Shown one piece after another: positions 36,758-49,680 of a stretch of 64,000 bases of DNA. The notes under the pieces were generated by a model. It did no database searches. It saw nothing but the letters and a program-made list of their open reading frames with translations, and was not told the DNA's origin. The DNA is taken from contig CAWJMR010000021.1 in assembly GCA_963843965.1 (NCBI GenBank), forward strand, positions 37,176 to 101,175. Direction: 5' to 3'. Origin of the DNA: an uncultured Gemmatimonadaceae bacterium (GTDB lineage: Bacteria > Gemmatimonadota > Gemmatimonadetes > Gemmatimonadales > Gemmatimonadaceae). Position numbers and translations under genes: made by a program. Position 1 is the stretch's first letter. Each line of letters opens with the position of its first letter.

Positions 36758-37276
36758 TCAGAACAGCGGGTCGAGGATCTCGCGCGTCTTGGCGTTGAGC
36801 GTGCGCCCCGGGTAGATCTCGGCGATGAGCACCTCGACGTCGATCAGCGCGGTCATGCCGAGGTTCGCCGCCAGCAGGCGGATGTCATCGAGGTCTTCCG
36901 GCCGATTCGGGGCGAGTGCGCGGATGGCCAGCATCTGATCGGCGCTCAACGACGCCACGGCGAGGTTCGGTGCCGTCCACAACGGATCGACATCATCCGC
37001 GTACCCCTTCGCCAGCACCGAGGTCGACTGGTCGTTGATCCAGTGCGCCGGCAGCCCCAGTGGCTTGGCCGCATCCCGAGCCGCGCCGAGCACGAGGCCG
37101 CGCGGCGTCGGCGCGGCGTCGACGTGATCGATCTCCGTACGGGCATCGAAGCCGAACATCATCGCCGCGTCACCGAACAGCACCACCGTGGCATCGACAC
37201 CCCGCTCCACCAATCGGTCGGACAGCGCGGCGAACGCCGTCTCGAGTTGGGCACGGCTGTAGAGCGGATTCGGCAC
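36758..37276 (-). CDS. Hypothetical protein (apparently intact, 172 aa)
   Basis: GTG 37274-37276: VPNPLYSRAQLETAFAALSDRLVERGVDATVVLFGDAAMMFGF...LLAANLGMTALIDVEVLIAEIYPGRTLNAKTREILDPLF. No family recognised with confidence. The long ORF 36758..37915 upstream of this start looks non-coding. Confidence 0.4.
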   Translation of the reverse strand: MPNPLYSRAQLETAFAALSDRLVERGVDATVVLFGDAAMMFGFDARTEIDHVDAAPTPRGLVLGAARDAAKPLGLPAHWINDQSTSVLAKGYADDVDPLWTAPNLAVASLSADQMLAIRALAPNRPEDLDDIRLLAANLGMTALIDVEVLIAEIYPGRTLNAKTREILDPLF

Positions 37277-37427
37277 GGGCGAGAGTGTACGAGTCGATCG
37301 GCGGCGACGCTCAGGGTGCGAGGCCGCCGGCAAGCGCTCGCAGGGTTGCCTCGGCGCAGGCGAGCATCGGGAACCGACAGCCGCAAACATTCGTACTGTT
37401 CGTGGATCGGCGGTCGACGCCACGCTG

Positions 37428-39166
37428 ATGAAGGAGCACGACATGTTCAACCGGACCCGCTGGAGCGCGATCGGCGCAGCCATCGCCGTCACCCTCGGAG
37501 GTGGCCTCGCCATCCCCCGAGCCGGGGCCAGCGTCACCTCGGGCGAACGCAACATCTTCGTCCCGGTCGTGCCCTGCCGGCTCTTCGACTTCCGCACCGG
37601 TGACTCCAACATCGGCAGCCGCAGCACACCGCTCGACGCCCAGGAGGTGTTCACCCAGCCGGTCACCGGCACGAACGGCAACTGCACCATCCCCGCCGAT
37701 GCCACCGCCGTCGCGATGAACGTCACTGCCGTCGACCCCACCGCCAACTCGTTCCTCACGATCTGGCCCGCAGACGCCCAGCAGCCACGAGCATCCAACC
37801 TCAACTGGACACCCAACTCCCCGCCGACACCGAACAAGGTCGACGTCAAACTCTCCGCCGACGGCCGCATCAACCTGTTCAGCAACGCCGGCACCATCAA
37901 CCTCCTCGCCGACATCGTCGGCTACTACGCCGATCACACCTTCGACGACCGCTACTACACAAAGACCCAGATGGACGCGCCCTTGCCACCATCGTCGGCA
38001 GCAGCGGGCCACAGGGCCCCGGTGGACCACAGGGAGTCCAGGGCGTGCAGGGGCAGCAGGGGCCGATCGGCATCGGCGCTGCCAACACGGGCTACTCGTC
38101 CGTGACTGTCGACGATCAAGCGTTCCCCGTTGGCGCGTCGCCGGCGCTGGCCTTCGGCGCCGACGGGCTCCCGATCATCGCCGGCAGTGCGGGCGGAGCT
38201 CTCCCGCGTGACGCACTGCAACGATCCGCAGTGTGTGTCGTCGACGTCGACGACGGTCGACGACATCGCCGACAACGTCGCCGGCTTTGCTTCGATCGTG
38301 ATCGGACGGGACGGTCTGGCGATCGTCAGCCATCAGAACCTCGGCACCCTGGCGCTGCGTGTCACGCACTGCAACGACACCGCATGCACATCTGCGACCA
38401 GCCGTGATGTCGACGACCTCGCGGGCACTGCCCAAGCGGGGAGCTACTCCGACATCGAGATCGGCGCTGACGGCCTGCCGGCCATCGCCTCGGGAACGTT
38501 CGGCAACACAGTCCGCTTCACCCACTGCCTCGACGTGTCGTGTGCGACCTCGGGTTCCCTGGTCCTCGATGATGCCGGTCACAACATCGCATCGACCCTG
38601 AACATGGAGATCGGAGTCGATGGCCTCCCGATCATCGCCTACCCGGACACGAATGGCTCGAGCCTGCGGGTGACCCACTGCACTGATGTGGCATGTGCAG
38701 CGCGCGGGGCACCGCCGTCATCGACGACCCTGCCGCGATCGTGGGCGACTCTCCATCGATCGCGATTCCGTCCGATGGAGTACCGATCATCGCGTCCGAG
38801 ACCACGAACGGCTTCCGGATCACACGTTGCACCACCCTGACTTGCGCGGCAGGTACGGGCACGACCGTGGTCCTCGCTGTCTCCACCGGGTTCACGAACG
38901 TCGTGATCGGTAGCGATCAGCTTCCCGTGGTCGTCAGCCGCGACGGAGGGTCCATCCGCGCCACGCACTGCGCCACCGTCACCTGCACCACGTTCGCCAC
39001 CATCAATGCGGGCGGGACGTCCGCCAACCCGGGAATCCGCCCCCAGGTGAGCATCGGTCCGGACGGCATGCCGCTCCTCGTCGTCCAGGCCGGCGGCGCT
39101 GTGTCAGCGCTACTCGTCATCCACTGCAGCAACACGTTCTGCACGCCGTTCTCACGCCGCAACTGA
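37428..39166 (+). pseudogene. Secreted protein: conserved N-terminal domain + short collagen-like G-X-Y stretch + 6-7 bladed HCxDxxC repeat propeller; about three frameshifts
   Basis: Signal MFNRTRWSAIGAAIAVTLGGGLAIPRAGA. Domain ...VPCRLFDFR...NGNCTIPADATAVAMNVTAVDPTANSFLTIWP...ASNLNW...LLADIVGYY. Then GPQGPGGPQGVQGVQGQQGPIGIG. Then repeats LRVTHCNDTACTS...IGADGLPAI. Shifts near 37,975, 38,205 and 38,700. Confidence 0.6.
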
Positions 39167-39198
39167 CCCGGCCGGCCCGCCCGCCCGGAAAACGACTC

Positions 39199-40855
<1,657 letters not shown>

Positions 40856-40859
<4 letters not shown>

Positions 40860-42609
40860 CGCAGGAACTCCTTGCGGGCCATCTGAGCCGGGGGCAGCAG
40901 CAGATCGTCGTTGGTCGGCGCCGGCGGGCACCATCGGGAACACCTTCTCCGAGGCGGCGACGCGGAAGTCGACCACGACCGGGCGGTCGTCGATGCCGTT
41001 GGCCTTGTCGATCGCCGGCTGCACCTCTTCGGGTGAATCGACGCGGATGCCGACGCAGCCCATGGCCTCGGCCCACTTGACGAAGTCGGGCACCTCGGGC
41101 GAGAGGTAGACCTCGCTGTAGCGCTCCTCGTAGAACATCTCCTGCCACTGGCGGACCATGCCGAGGTAGCTGTTGTTCAAGATCGCGACCTTGACGGGGA
41201 TCCGCTCGACGCTCGCGGTGACGAGCTCCTGCGCCGTCATCTGGAAGCAGCCGTCGCCGTCGACCGCCCACACGGTGGCGTCGGGACGGCCGACCTTGGC
41301 GCCGATGGCAGCGGGCACGCTGAAGCCCATCGTGCCGAGGCCGCCGGAGTTGACCCAGCTGTACGGGTGCTCGAACTTCCAGTACTGCGACGACCACATC
41401 TGGTGCTGGCCGACGCCGCTGACGAGGATGGTGTCCTCCGGAGCGCTGTCGCGCAAGCGCCTCGAGGCAGAACTGCGGCTTGAGCGCCTCGCCCGGCTCG
41501 CTCATGCTCGTAGCTGAGCGGGAACTGCTCGCGCCAGCCGCTGATCCGGCTCTTCCACACGCCGGTGTCGGCCTGGGTGGCACCGCCGTTGAGGAGGTCC
41601 TTGACCGCCTTGACGATCTCCTCGATGACGAGGCGGCAGTCGCCGACGATCGGCACGTCGGGGCGGCGGACCTTGCCCTGCTCGGCCGGGTCGATGTCGA
41701 CGTGGATGATCTTGGCCTCAGGGGCGAACGCCGCAGACCTTGCCGGTGATGCGGTCGTCGAAGCGGGCGCCGAGGGCGATCAGCAGGTCGGCTCTTCTGC
41801 ATCGCCGTGATGGCGGTGGCGTTGCCGTGCATGCCGGGCATGCCGAGGCACAGCGGGTGGCTGTCGGGGAACGCACCGCGAGCCATCAGCGTCGTGACGA
41901 CGTGGATCTGGGTCAGCTCGGCGAGCTCCTTCAGCGCCTCGGCGGCGCGGGCCTTGAGGACGCCACCGCCGACGTAGAGGATGGGCCGCTCGGACTCGAG
42001 GATCAGCTTCGCTGCCTCCTTGATCATCCGCGGGTGGCCCTTGGTGGTGGGGCGGTAGCCGGGCAGGCTGTCGGCCACTTCGGCGTCGGTCGGCCAGTAC
42101 CAGTCCATCGTGTTGGTGAGGCAGTCCTTGGGGACGTCGATGAGCGTCGGTCCGGGGCGGCCGGTGGTGGCGATGTGGAACGCCTGGCGCACGGCCATCG
42201 GCAGGTCCTGCGCGCTCATCACGAGCTCGTTGTGCTTGGTGACGCTGCGCGTGATGCCGACGGTGTCGCACTCCTGGAACGCATCGGTGCCGATCGCCGT
42301 GGTGGCGACCTGGCCGGTGATGCAGACCATCGGGATGGAGTCCATGTAGGCGTCACAGAGCGGCGTGACCATGTTCGTGGCCGCCGGACCGCTGGTGACG
42401 AGCGCGACGCCGGGGCGGCCGGTGACGTGGGCGTAGCCCTCGGCCATGTGCCCGGCACCCTGCTCGTGACGCACGAGGATGTGGCGGATGCTGCTGTCGA
42501 GCAGCGGATCGTAGGCGGGCAGGATGCACCCGCCCGGGAGCCCGAAGATGACCTCGGTGCTCTCCATCTCCAGTGCTTTGATGAGGGCTTGCGCCCCGGT
42601 CATCTTCAC
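40856..42609 (-). pseudogene. ilvB: Acetolactate synthase large subunit, multiple frameshifts
   Basis: GTG 42609 is preceded by [33 protein letters not shown]... is intact to ~41,790. Later parts (...[17 protein letters not shown]..., ...[35 protein letters not shown]...[12 protein letters not shown]...) are in other frames. Confidence 0.8.
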
Positions 42610-42676
42610 GGTTGCTCCTTGTTCCTTGCGATTGGTGTTGCTTGAGAGATCGAGGGGGCGGGCAGGCGAAACCGGC

Positions 42677-42712
42677 CCGAAAAACGAAACAACCTCCCGA
42701 TTGGGAGGTTGG
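42677..42712 (-). terminator. Intrinsic terminator/attenuator hairpin in the ilvB leader
   Basis: The minus strand reads CCCAACCTCCC-AATC-GGGAGGTTGTTTCGTTTTTCGGG: an 8-bp GC-rich stem, a 4-nt loop and a U-rich tail, about 70 nt upstream of the ilvB start. Confidence 0.6.
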
Positions 42713-42744
42713 GCGACGCAGGCGGCACGAGGCCGGGTGCGCGC

Positions 42745-42792
42745 CTACGTGAGTACTACGAGAATGCGGGAGGCGGTGCAGACGCGGATCAC
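42745..42792 (-). promoter_or_regulatory. Candidate ilvB leader peptide (15 codons, Ile/Leu/Val-rich)
   Basis: GTG-ATC-CGC-GTC-TGC-ACC-GCC-TCC-CGC-ATT-CTC-GTA-GTA-CTC-ACG-TAG encodes (M)IRVCTASRILVVLT*. Seven of 15 codons are branched-chain, including the run ILVVL. It ends ~35 nt before the hairpin. No obvious SD. Confidence 0.45.
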
Positions 42793-42884
42793 GCTGGCGA
42801 TTGTGCCACGCCGCTGGGTCGAAAGCAAGCGACCGGCGATCAGAACCGTGGCACGGAGTGCTAGAAACCGGACCGTCCCGCCCG

Positions 42885-44404
42885 ATGAACACGCAGGTGA
42901 CGCCGCTCGAGAACACCAGACTGCCGGCGGCGCGCCGGTTCCGCTTCGTCCACGTCGGCGTGGCCGCGATGCTCGCCGCCGCGGCGGCGACGTCGGTGCT
43001 CCCTCGTGCAGGCGTCGGGCACGGGCACCGCCAGCCGTGTACGTGCCCATCGCGCCGTGCCGGCTCGCCGACACCCGTGCCTTCCCGGACACCGTGGGCG
43101 GCCGGAGCCTGCCGATGACGAGCGGGCGAGATCGCCACGTTCCAGGTGCTGGGGCACGAACGGCAACTGCACGATCCCGACCTCGGCCACGGGCATCGCC
43201 ACCAACGTCACTGCGGTCGATCCGAGTGCGTCGTCGTACCTCACCGTCTACCCCGCTGACGCGCGCCGCGCCCACTGGCCAGCAACCTCAACTGGATCGC
43301 CACCAGCCCGCCGACACCGAACCAGGTGACCGTCGGCCTCTCGGCGACGGGTGCGATCAGCGACGTTCAACAACAACGGCATCGTCGACATCATCATCGA
43401 CATCGTCGGCTACTACCAGGCCGCTCCGGCCAGGTGGCGGCGCCACCGGGCCGCAAGGTCCGCAGGGCGTGCAAGGTCCGACCGGACCGACCGGCGGTCG
43501 GGCCACCCGGGCCGACGACCCGGATCACGACCGCCGCAGACTGGCGACGCTGCGTTGGGACCAGGACCGCGGCCGGCCGGGCACGATCCTGGTGGGTTCC
43601 GCTCCGACGGCGGCTGCGTTCGACGGCCGAACGTGTGGGTCGTCAACAACGGCGGGCCATCCGTCAGCAAGATCGACCCGAGGACGAACACGGTCATCGC
43701 GACCGTGACCGTGCCGACGAACCCGTACGGCATCGCCTTCGACGGCGGCGACATGTGGGTGACCATCGCCAGCAGTGCGGTGGTCGTGAAGATCAACGTC
43801 ACCTCGAACACCGTGGTCGACACCGTTGCGGTCGGCTCGTCACCGCGGGGCATCGCGTTCGATGGTCGCTTCATCTGGGTCGCCAACACCGGCGCGCCCG
43901 GCAGCGTGTCCAAGATCGACACGACGAACGACACCCTCGTGCAAACCATCACGTCCGGGGTCAGCCAACCGTTCGACGCTGCGTTCGACGGAACCAACGT
44001 CTGGATCGTGAACGCCGGCAGCAACAACGTCGTCCGCTTCAACGCCGTCACGAGTGCCGCTGTGGGCGGCGCGATCCGGTGGGACGTCGCCAGGCAACAT
44101 CGCCTTCGACGGCACGACGATGTGGATCGCCAACTACGGCTCCAGCAGCGTCTCGCGGATCACCGCTGCGACCGGCACGTCGCAGGGGGCGATCAGCGTC
44201 GCAGCCAACCCGGACGACGTCGCCTACGACGGTGCGAACATCTGGGTGACCAGCGCGACCGGCACGCAGATCATCAGCCCGACGACGGGCTCCGTGACCA
44301 GTCAGTTCCTTCCACTGGGCACGCAAGGCCTGCTCTTCGACGGCACGAACATGTGGGTCACCCGCAACTCGGCCAACACGGTCGCCAAGCTGCTGCCGAC
44401 GTGA
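42885..44404 (+). pseudogene. Secreted protein: same N-terminal domain as 37428..39166 + collagen-like G-X-Y stretch + NHL/YncE-like beta-propeller; many frameshifts
   Basis: Signal ...RFRFVHVGVAAMLAAAAATSVLP. ...VPIAPCRLADTR...NGNCTIPTSATGIATNVTAVDPSASSYLTVYP...ASNLNW...IIDIVGYY. GATGPQGPQGVQGPTGPTG. Then repeats ...P-x-GIAFDG-x-x-(I/M)WV-x-N...V-x-KI.... Confidence 0.6.
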
Positions 44405-44423
44405 CGCTGCGAGTCGCCATGCG

Positions 44424-44863
44424 TCACTTCGTGAACGCCGGCGGCTCCCAGTAGATGCGGTCGCGGTAGTCCTGCTCGGTGGTCGGCGGGAAGACCTCGA
44501 CGAATCCAACGGTGTCGTCGTCGGCAGAGAACGCTACCCCCCGGCGGCATCGAGCTCGATGTTCGCCGTCTTGCCCTGGCGCGAGCGGAGCTCGACCACG
44601 TGTCACCGAGCAGTGATCGAGCCGACGATGGCGAGATGCCCGGGTCGGTGACCGAGATCATCACCAGTGCATCACCGTCGAAGTAGAACTTCGCACCGTG
44701 CAGCTTCTTGCTGCGCACGATCGAGAGACCGGTCATCGACTGGTACTTGTAGCCGCGTCTCGACATCGGACGGTGACGCGCCCGATGACGTCGAGCACAT
44801 CCTCGCTGTCCGAGATCGCGGATCGCAGATCAGTTTGTTGATGTCGGCCGGCTTCATTCCCAT
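44424..44863 (-). pseudogene. Small hypothetical protein downstream of the DUF4157 gene (possible cognate partner), frameshifted
   Basis: Stitched from three frames: MKPADINKLICDPR / ISDSEDVLDVIGRVTV / MSRRGYKYQSMTGLSIVRSKKLHGAKFYFDGDALVMISVTDPG... / ...AFSADDDTVGFVEVFPPTTEQDYRDRIYWEPPAFTK*. Confidence 0.35.
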
Positions 44864-44885
44864 GGAGACGTTCTACTCGCGTGCT

Positions 44886-46357
44886 CTACTTCTTCTTCGG
44901 CTTCTTCGCCTTGGCTTCCTTCTTCCACGCCGTGATCGTCTTGGCGAGGAAGGCGTGGCGGAGCGGCGCGTCGGCCTTCAGCTTGGACTCCTCGACGAAG
45001 TAGAACATCACGGATTCGCACATGTCCTCCGGCGGCGTTGGTCGCGCCGTAGTCAGACGGTGGTTCCTCGGCGTTGGCCTTGCCGGACTCGTTGTACTGG
45101 TCCTCCCAGTACGCGAACTCCTTGACCCAATCCTTCACCAGGTAGCCGAACAGACCGTGGGCCATCTCGTGCACCGCGGTGCCTTCGAGCTGCTTCAGGT
45201 TGTCCGTGAAGTCCTGGGTGGAGTCCGTACCCTCGTCGAACAGGCCGAGCGTCTTCTGCTTCTTGAAGTACTCGCCCATGGTCGTGCTGTCGAGCACACC
45301 CTGGTCGTTGTTCTCGTTGATCGCCTTCTCGACCTTGCCGATGAACTTGACCTCTTGGCTCGCCTTGCCGCGCGTCGAGTCCTTGCGATCGACGCCGAGG
45401 ATCGGTGCGAAGTGAGCGAGCGCACGCTCGACCGCGTGCAGCTCCTTCATCTGCCAGACGCCGGCCTCGACCGCCTTGCGGACGTCCTTGGGGGCCTTGG
45501 TGTAGTTGATCGGGATCGCCTTGGCCAGCTTGTCGGATCGGATGGAGATGCCGTAGCTCACCTCGATGTTCGTCATGATGACCGTGGCCTCGAACTTGTC
45601 GCTCTCCTGCTCGAAGAGGACGGCCTCACCCTTGACTTCGCCGACCTTCGGGAAGTCGGGACTCTTCGGTCCCTGGTAGCAGGCGGGTTTCTCGACCTTG
45701 GTCTCCTGCTTGGCGTGCAGGGGGTTCTCCTTCACGGTCGTGTTCGCGCTGCACGAGCGTCATCGACCGGTGCGCTGCTCCACTCTGCTGCAGGGTGTGG
45801 GTCAGCTCGTGAGCGAGGAGCTGGTCGCCGGCGGCGCTACCGGCCCTCGGGGCCGAGCGGCCCATGAAGACGTCGGAGCCGGTGGTGAAGGCGCGGCTGC
45901 TCAGGTGGTCGTTGAGCTGTGCGGACTCACTGCCCTCGTGGGGACGCGCGACGCCGGAGAAGTCGGCGCCGAAGGCACCCGACATCCGCTGCATGGTTCC
46001 CGGGTCGAGCGGTCGTCCACTCGAACCGAGCTCGATCGATGCGACCGGCGAGATCCGGCTCGACGCTGCCGCCCTCGGGCCCGATCGCCGCCGTGTTCGG
46101 CCTCTGGCAGCAACGGGCGCGGTTGCGCGCCGGATGCGCGACTCCGGCGCCACGCGCAGCCGGCGGCGGTCGCATCGCCCTCGTCGTCCGGCAGTCGGCG
46201 ACGACGGCATCGGCCGTGCGATCGGCCTCACGCTCGAGCGGGTCGCTGGACGCGCGACCACCAGCTTGCGCTGGACGAACGCACGCTTGAACGTCGGCAT
46301 CGTCGGCGGAGCGGCCATGGACTGCGGTCGAGACCGCTGTGCGGCGAAATCACGCAT
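44886..46357 (-). pseudogene. DUF4157-domain protein with a second HExxH metallopeptidase-like domain; frameshifted
   Basis: N-terminal part ...QRKLVV...SDPLEREADRTAD...MQRMSGAFGADFSGV(R)...AFTTGSDVFMG...GDQLLAHELTHTLQQ (DUF4157 pattern). ORF 44854..45735 carries ...QLEGTAVHEMAHGLFGY.... The tail ...EDMCESVMFYFVEESKLKADAPLRHAFLAKTITAWKKEAKAKKPKKK* is in another frame. Confidence 0.65.
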
Positions 46358-46410
46358 CCCGCATGATCCCCCGATCACCGTGACGTGTCAACCACGCCAT
46401 CGCGGTGCGG

Positions 46411-48305
46411 TCACCAGGTGTCGATGTTCGGTCGCTTCTTCGGGCGTGACGCCCAGCGCGGCGTCGGCGGCACGGATCGCAGCATCGTCGAGAGCCAGCG
46501 ACGCGTGTCGGCCGGGTCGATCACGTCGTCGATCTCGAAGTGCGACGCGGTGTTCGACGGCCTTGCCGTGCTCGTACATCCGGTCGACCATCTGCTGGAA
46601 CAGCGCGTCGCGCTCGGCGGGATCCTCGACCGCGGCGAGCTCCTTGCTGTAGCCGAGGCGCACCGCGCCTTCGAGACCCATCCCGCCGAACTCGCCCGTC
46701 GGCCACGCCACGGTGGCCAGCGGCGCCTTGGTGCTGCCGCCCATCATCGCCTGCGCGCCGAGGCCGTAGCGACTTGCGGGTGACGACCGCGACGAACGGC
46801 ACCGTGAGGTTCGCGCCGGTGACGAACAGCCGGCTGCAGTGGCGCACCAGCGCCGTCGCCTCGACGTCCGGGCCGACCATCATCCCCGGCGTGTCGCACA
46901 GCGAGACGATCGGCAGGTCGAACGCATCGCACAGCTGCATGAACCGGGCCGCCTTGTCGGCGCCGTCGCTGTCGATCGCACCGGCGAGGTGGCTCGGGTT
47001 GTTGCCGATGACACCGACCGGCACGCCCTCGATGCGGGCGAGCGCCGTGATCATGCCCAGCCCGAACTCGCGGCGCAGCTCGAGCACCGAGCCGGTGTCG
47101 AACAGCGCATCGACCACGGCGCGCACGTCGTAGCTGCGCCGGCGGTCCTCCGGGATCACGTGGCGCAGCAGTGCGCTGGTCGGCGCACTCCCAGTCGTCG
47201 ATCGGACCCTGGAAGTACGACAGGTACTGCTTGGCGACGCGGACCGCCTCGGCTTCGTCGGCCACCACGATGTCGACCACGCCGTTCGAGCGCTGCACGC
47301 TCGATCGGACCGATCTCGGTGGGTGCGAACACGCCGAGGCCGCCGCCTTCGATCATCGCCGGGCCGCCCATGCCGATGTTCGAGTCCTCGGTGGCGATCA
47401 CCACGTCGCAGCAGCCGAGGATGGCGGCGTTGCCGGCGAAGCAGTAGCCCGCGTTGATGCCGACGAGCGGCACCGACGCCGCTCAGCTCGGCGAACCACA
47501 AGAAGGCGAGGCAGTCGAGCCCGCTGACGCCCATGCCGTCGGTGTCGCCGGGCCGGCCGCCGCCACCTTCGGTGAAGAACACCACCGGGAGCGCGCAGCT
47601 GCTCGGCCACCTCGAACAGGCGGTCCTTCTTGCGGTGGTTCTGCAGGCCCTGCGTGCCGGCGAGCACGGTGTAGTCGTACGAGACGGCGACGACCTGCCC
47701 GGCGTGGCCGGCGAAGCGGTCACCGTTGACCGTGCCGATGCCGCCGATCATCCCGTCGGCCGGCGTGTTGGCGATCAGGTCGTCGAGCTGCGCGGTCGAC
47801 GACGCTGGGCGGCGATCGCCAGCGGGCCGTACTCGACGAACGTGCCGGCGTCGACGAGGTCGGCGACGTTCTCCCGTGCCGTCCGCCGCCCGACCTTCCG
47901 GCGCCGTTCGCCACGGCATCCGGGCGGGCCGCGTCCGAGCCCGAGCTCGTGGCGGCGCAGCACCTCGGCGAGGTCCGGTGCGGATCGCGTCGAGGTCGAC
48001 CGTGTGCGTCGACGACGGCAACCGTCGAGCCATCGACTCGACGAGCTCGATCGCGACACAGCGGATGGTCCGGCGTGACCGTGTCGCCGACGCCGGACGT
48101 ACACCACGTGCACGATGCCATCGGTGGCGGCCTTCACGTCGTGGAGCATCTTCATGCTCTCGAGCACGCACCAGCGGTCTGGCCCCGACGCACGACGGTC
48201 TCCCGTCGGCGATCGACACCGATGGACCACCGTGCCCTGCATCGGCGACCCGACCTGCTCGGTCGTCCCTGGGGCGCCGTCGGCCATGCTCGTCAGTGTT
48301 GCCAC
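46411..48305 (-). pseudogene. Biotinyl (BCCP-like) domain plus acyl-CoA carboxyltransferase; one fused gene or two adjacent genes, heavily frameshifted
   Basis: ...VGSPMQGTVV...VLESMKMLHDVKAATDGIVHVVYV... (biotinyl-lysine MKM). Then ...RTARENVADLVDAGTFVEYGPL...VVAVSYDYTVLAGTQG...GVIGNNPSHLAGAIDSDGADKAARFMQLCDAFDLPIVSLCDTPG...MMGGSTKAPLATVAWPTGEFGGMGLEGAV.... Confidence 0.7.
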
Positions 48306-48322
48306 GGGCTATTCTCGCGCGC

Positions 48323-49680
48323 ATGACGACGAAGTTCACGCTCGACGAATCGGAGATCCCTCGCGCCTGGCTGAACATCGTGCCGGCACTGCCGAGCCCG
48401 CCGCCGCCGGCATTGCACCCCGGCACGCTCCAGCCCGCCGGCCCCGACGACTTCGCCCCGCTGTTCCCGATGGACCTGATCCTGCAGGAGGTCTCCCAGG
48501 AGAGCTACATCGAGATCCCCGAGCCGGTGCTCGACGTCTACCGGCTGTGGCGGCCGACGCCGCTGTTCCGCGCCCACCGCCTGGAGAAGGCGCTCGGCAC
48601 GCCGGCGCACATCTACTACAAGTACGAGGGCACCTCACCCGCCGGCTCGCACAAGCCGAACACCGCGGTGCCGCAGGCGTACTACAACGCCAAGGCCGGC
48701 GTGAAGAAGCTGACCACCGAGACCGGGCGCCGGGCAGTGGGGCACGGCGCTCGCCTTCGCCTGCGCGCAGTTCGACCTCGAGTGCGAGGTCTGGCAGGTG
48801 CGTGCGTCCTACGACGCGAAGCCGTACCGCCGGCTGATGATGGAGACGTTCGGCGCCACCGTGCACCCGCTCGCCGTCCGATCTCACCAACTCGGGCCGG
48901 GCGATCCTCGCCGAGCACCCCGACTCCCCCGGCTCGCTCGGCATCGCGATCAGCGAGGCCGTCGAGGTCGCGGCACCGCGATCCGAACATCCGGTACGCC
49001 CTCGGCTCGGTGCTCAACCACGTGCTGATGCACCAGACCGTCATCGGCCTCGAGGCGCTCAAGCAGTTCGAGCTGGCCGGCGAGTACCCCGACGTCATCT
49101 ACGGCTGCGTCGGCGGCGGCAGCAACTTCGGTGGCCTGACGTTCCCGTTCCTCAACGAGAACCTGGCCGGGCGGCGCAACACCGCGCATCGTCGCCGTCG
49201 AGCCGGCCGCCTGCCCGAGCATGACCAAGGGCGTGTACGCCTACGACTTCGGCGACACCGCCGGGATGACGCCGCTGATGAAGATGCACACGCTCGGCAA
49301 GGACTTCATCCCCGACACCATCCACGCCGGCGGCCTGCGCTACCACGGGATGAGCCCGCTGGTGTCGCACATCTACGAGCTCGGCCTGATCGAGGCCGAA
49401 TCGAAGAACCAGCTCGACTGCTTCGCTGCCGGCGTGCAGTTCGCCCGCACCGAGGGCATCGTGCCGGCGCCGGAGCCCACCCACGCGCTCGCCGCGTGCG
49501 TCGAGGAGGCGCTGCGCTGCAAGGAGAGCGGCGAGCCGAAGGTGATCCTCACCGCGCTGTGCGGCCACGGCATGCTCGATCTGCCGGCGTACGAGAACTA
49601 CCTCGTCCGGCAAGCTCGTCGACTACGACTACCCCGCCGAGGCCATCGCGGCCGCCCTCGCCGGCCTGCCCAAGGTCTGA
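48323..49680 (+). pseudogene. trpB: TrpB2-type tryptophan synthase beta-like PLP enzyme, frameshifted
   Basis: MTTKFTLDESEIPRAWLNIVPALPSPPPPALHPGT...HIYYKYEGTSPAGSHKPNTAVPQAYYNAKAG... One frameshift is an extra G in a G-run at ~48,725. Later ...[43 protein letters not shown].... End: ...AIAAALAGLPKV*. Confidence 0.75.

Noticed and set aside
37990-38065. Annotating the G-X-Y stretches as bona fide collagen domains.
   Set aside because: There are only about 6-8 triplets in each protein. That is enough to note as collagen-like linkers but too short to call a collagen triple-helix domain without structural support.
44886-46357. Calling an extracellular contractile injection system (eCIS) on the basis of the DUF4157 domain.
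   Set aside because: No sheath, tube, baseplate, spike or ATPase genes are present anywhere in the window. DUF4157 alone is not diagnostic.
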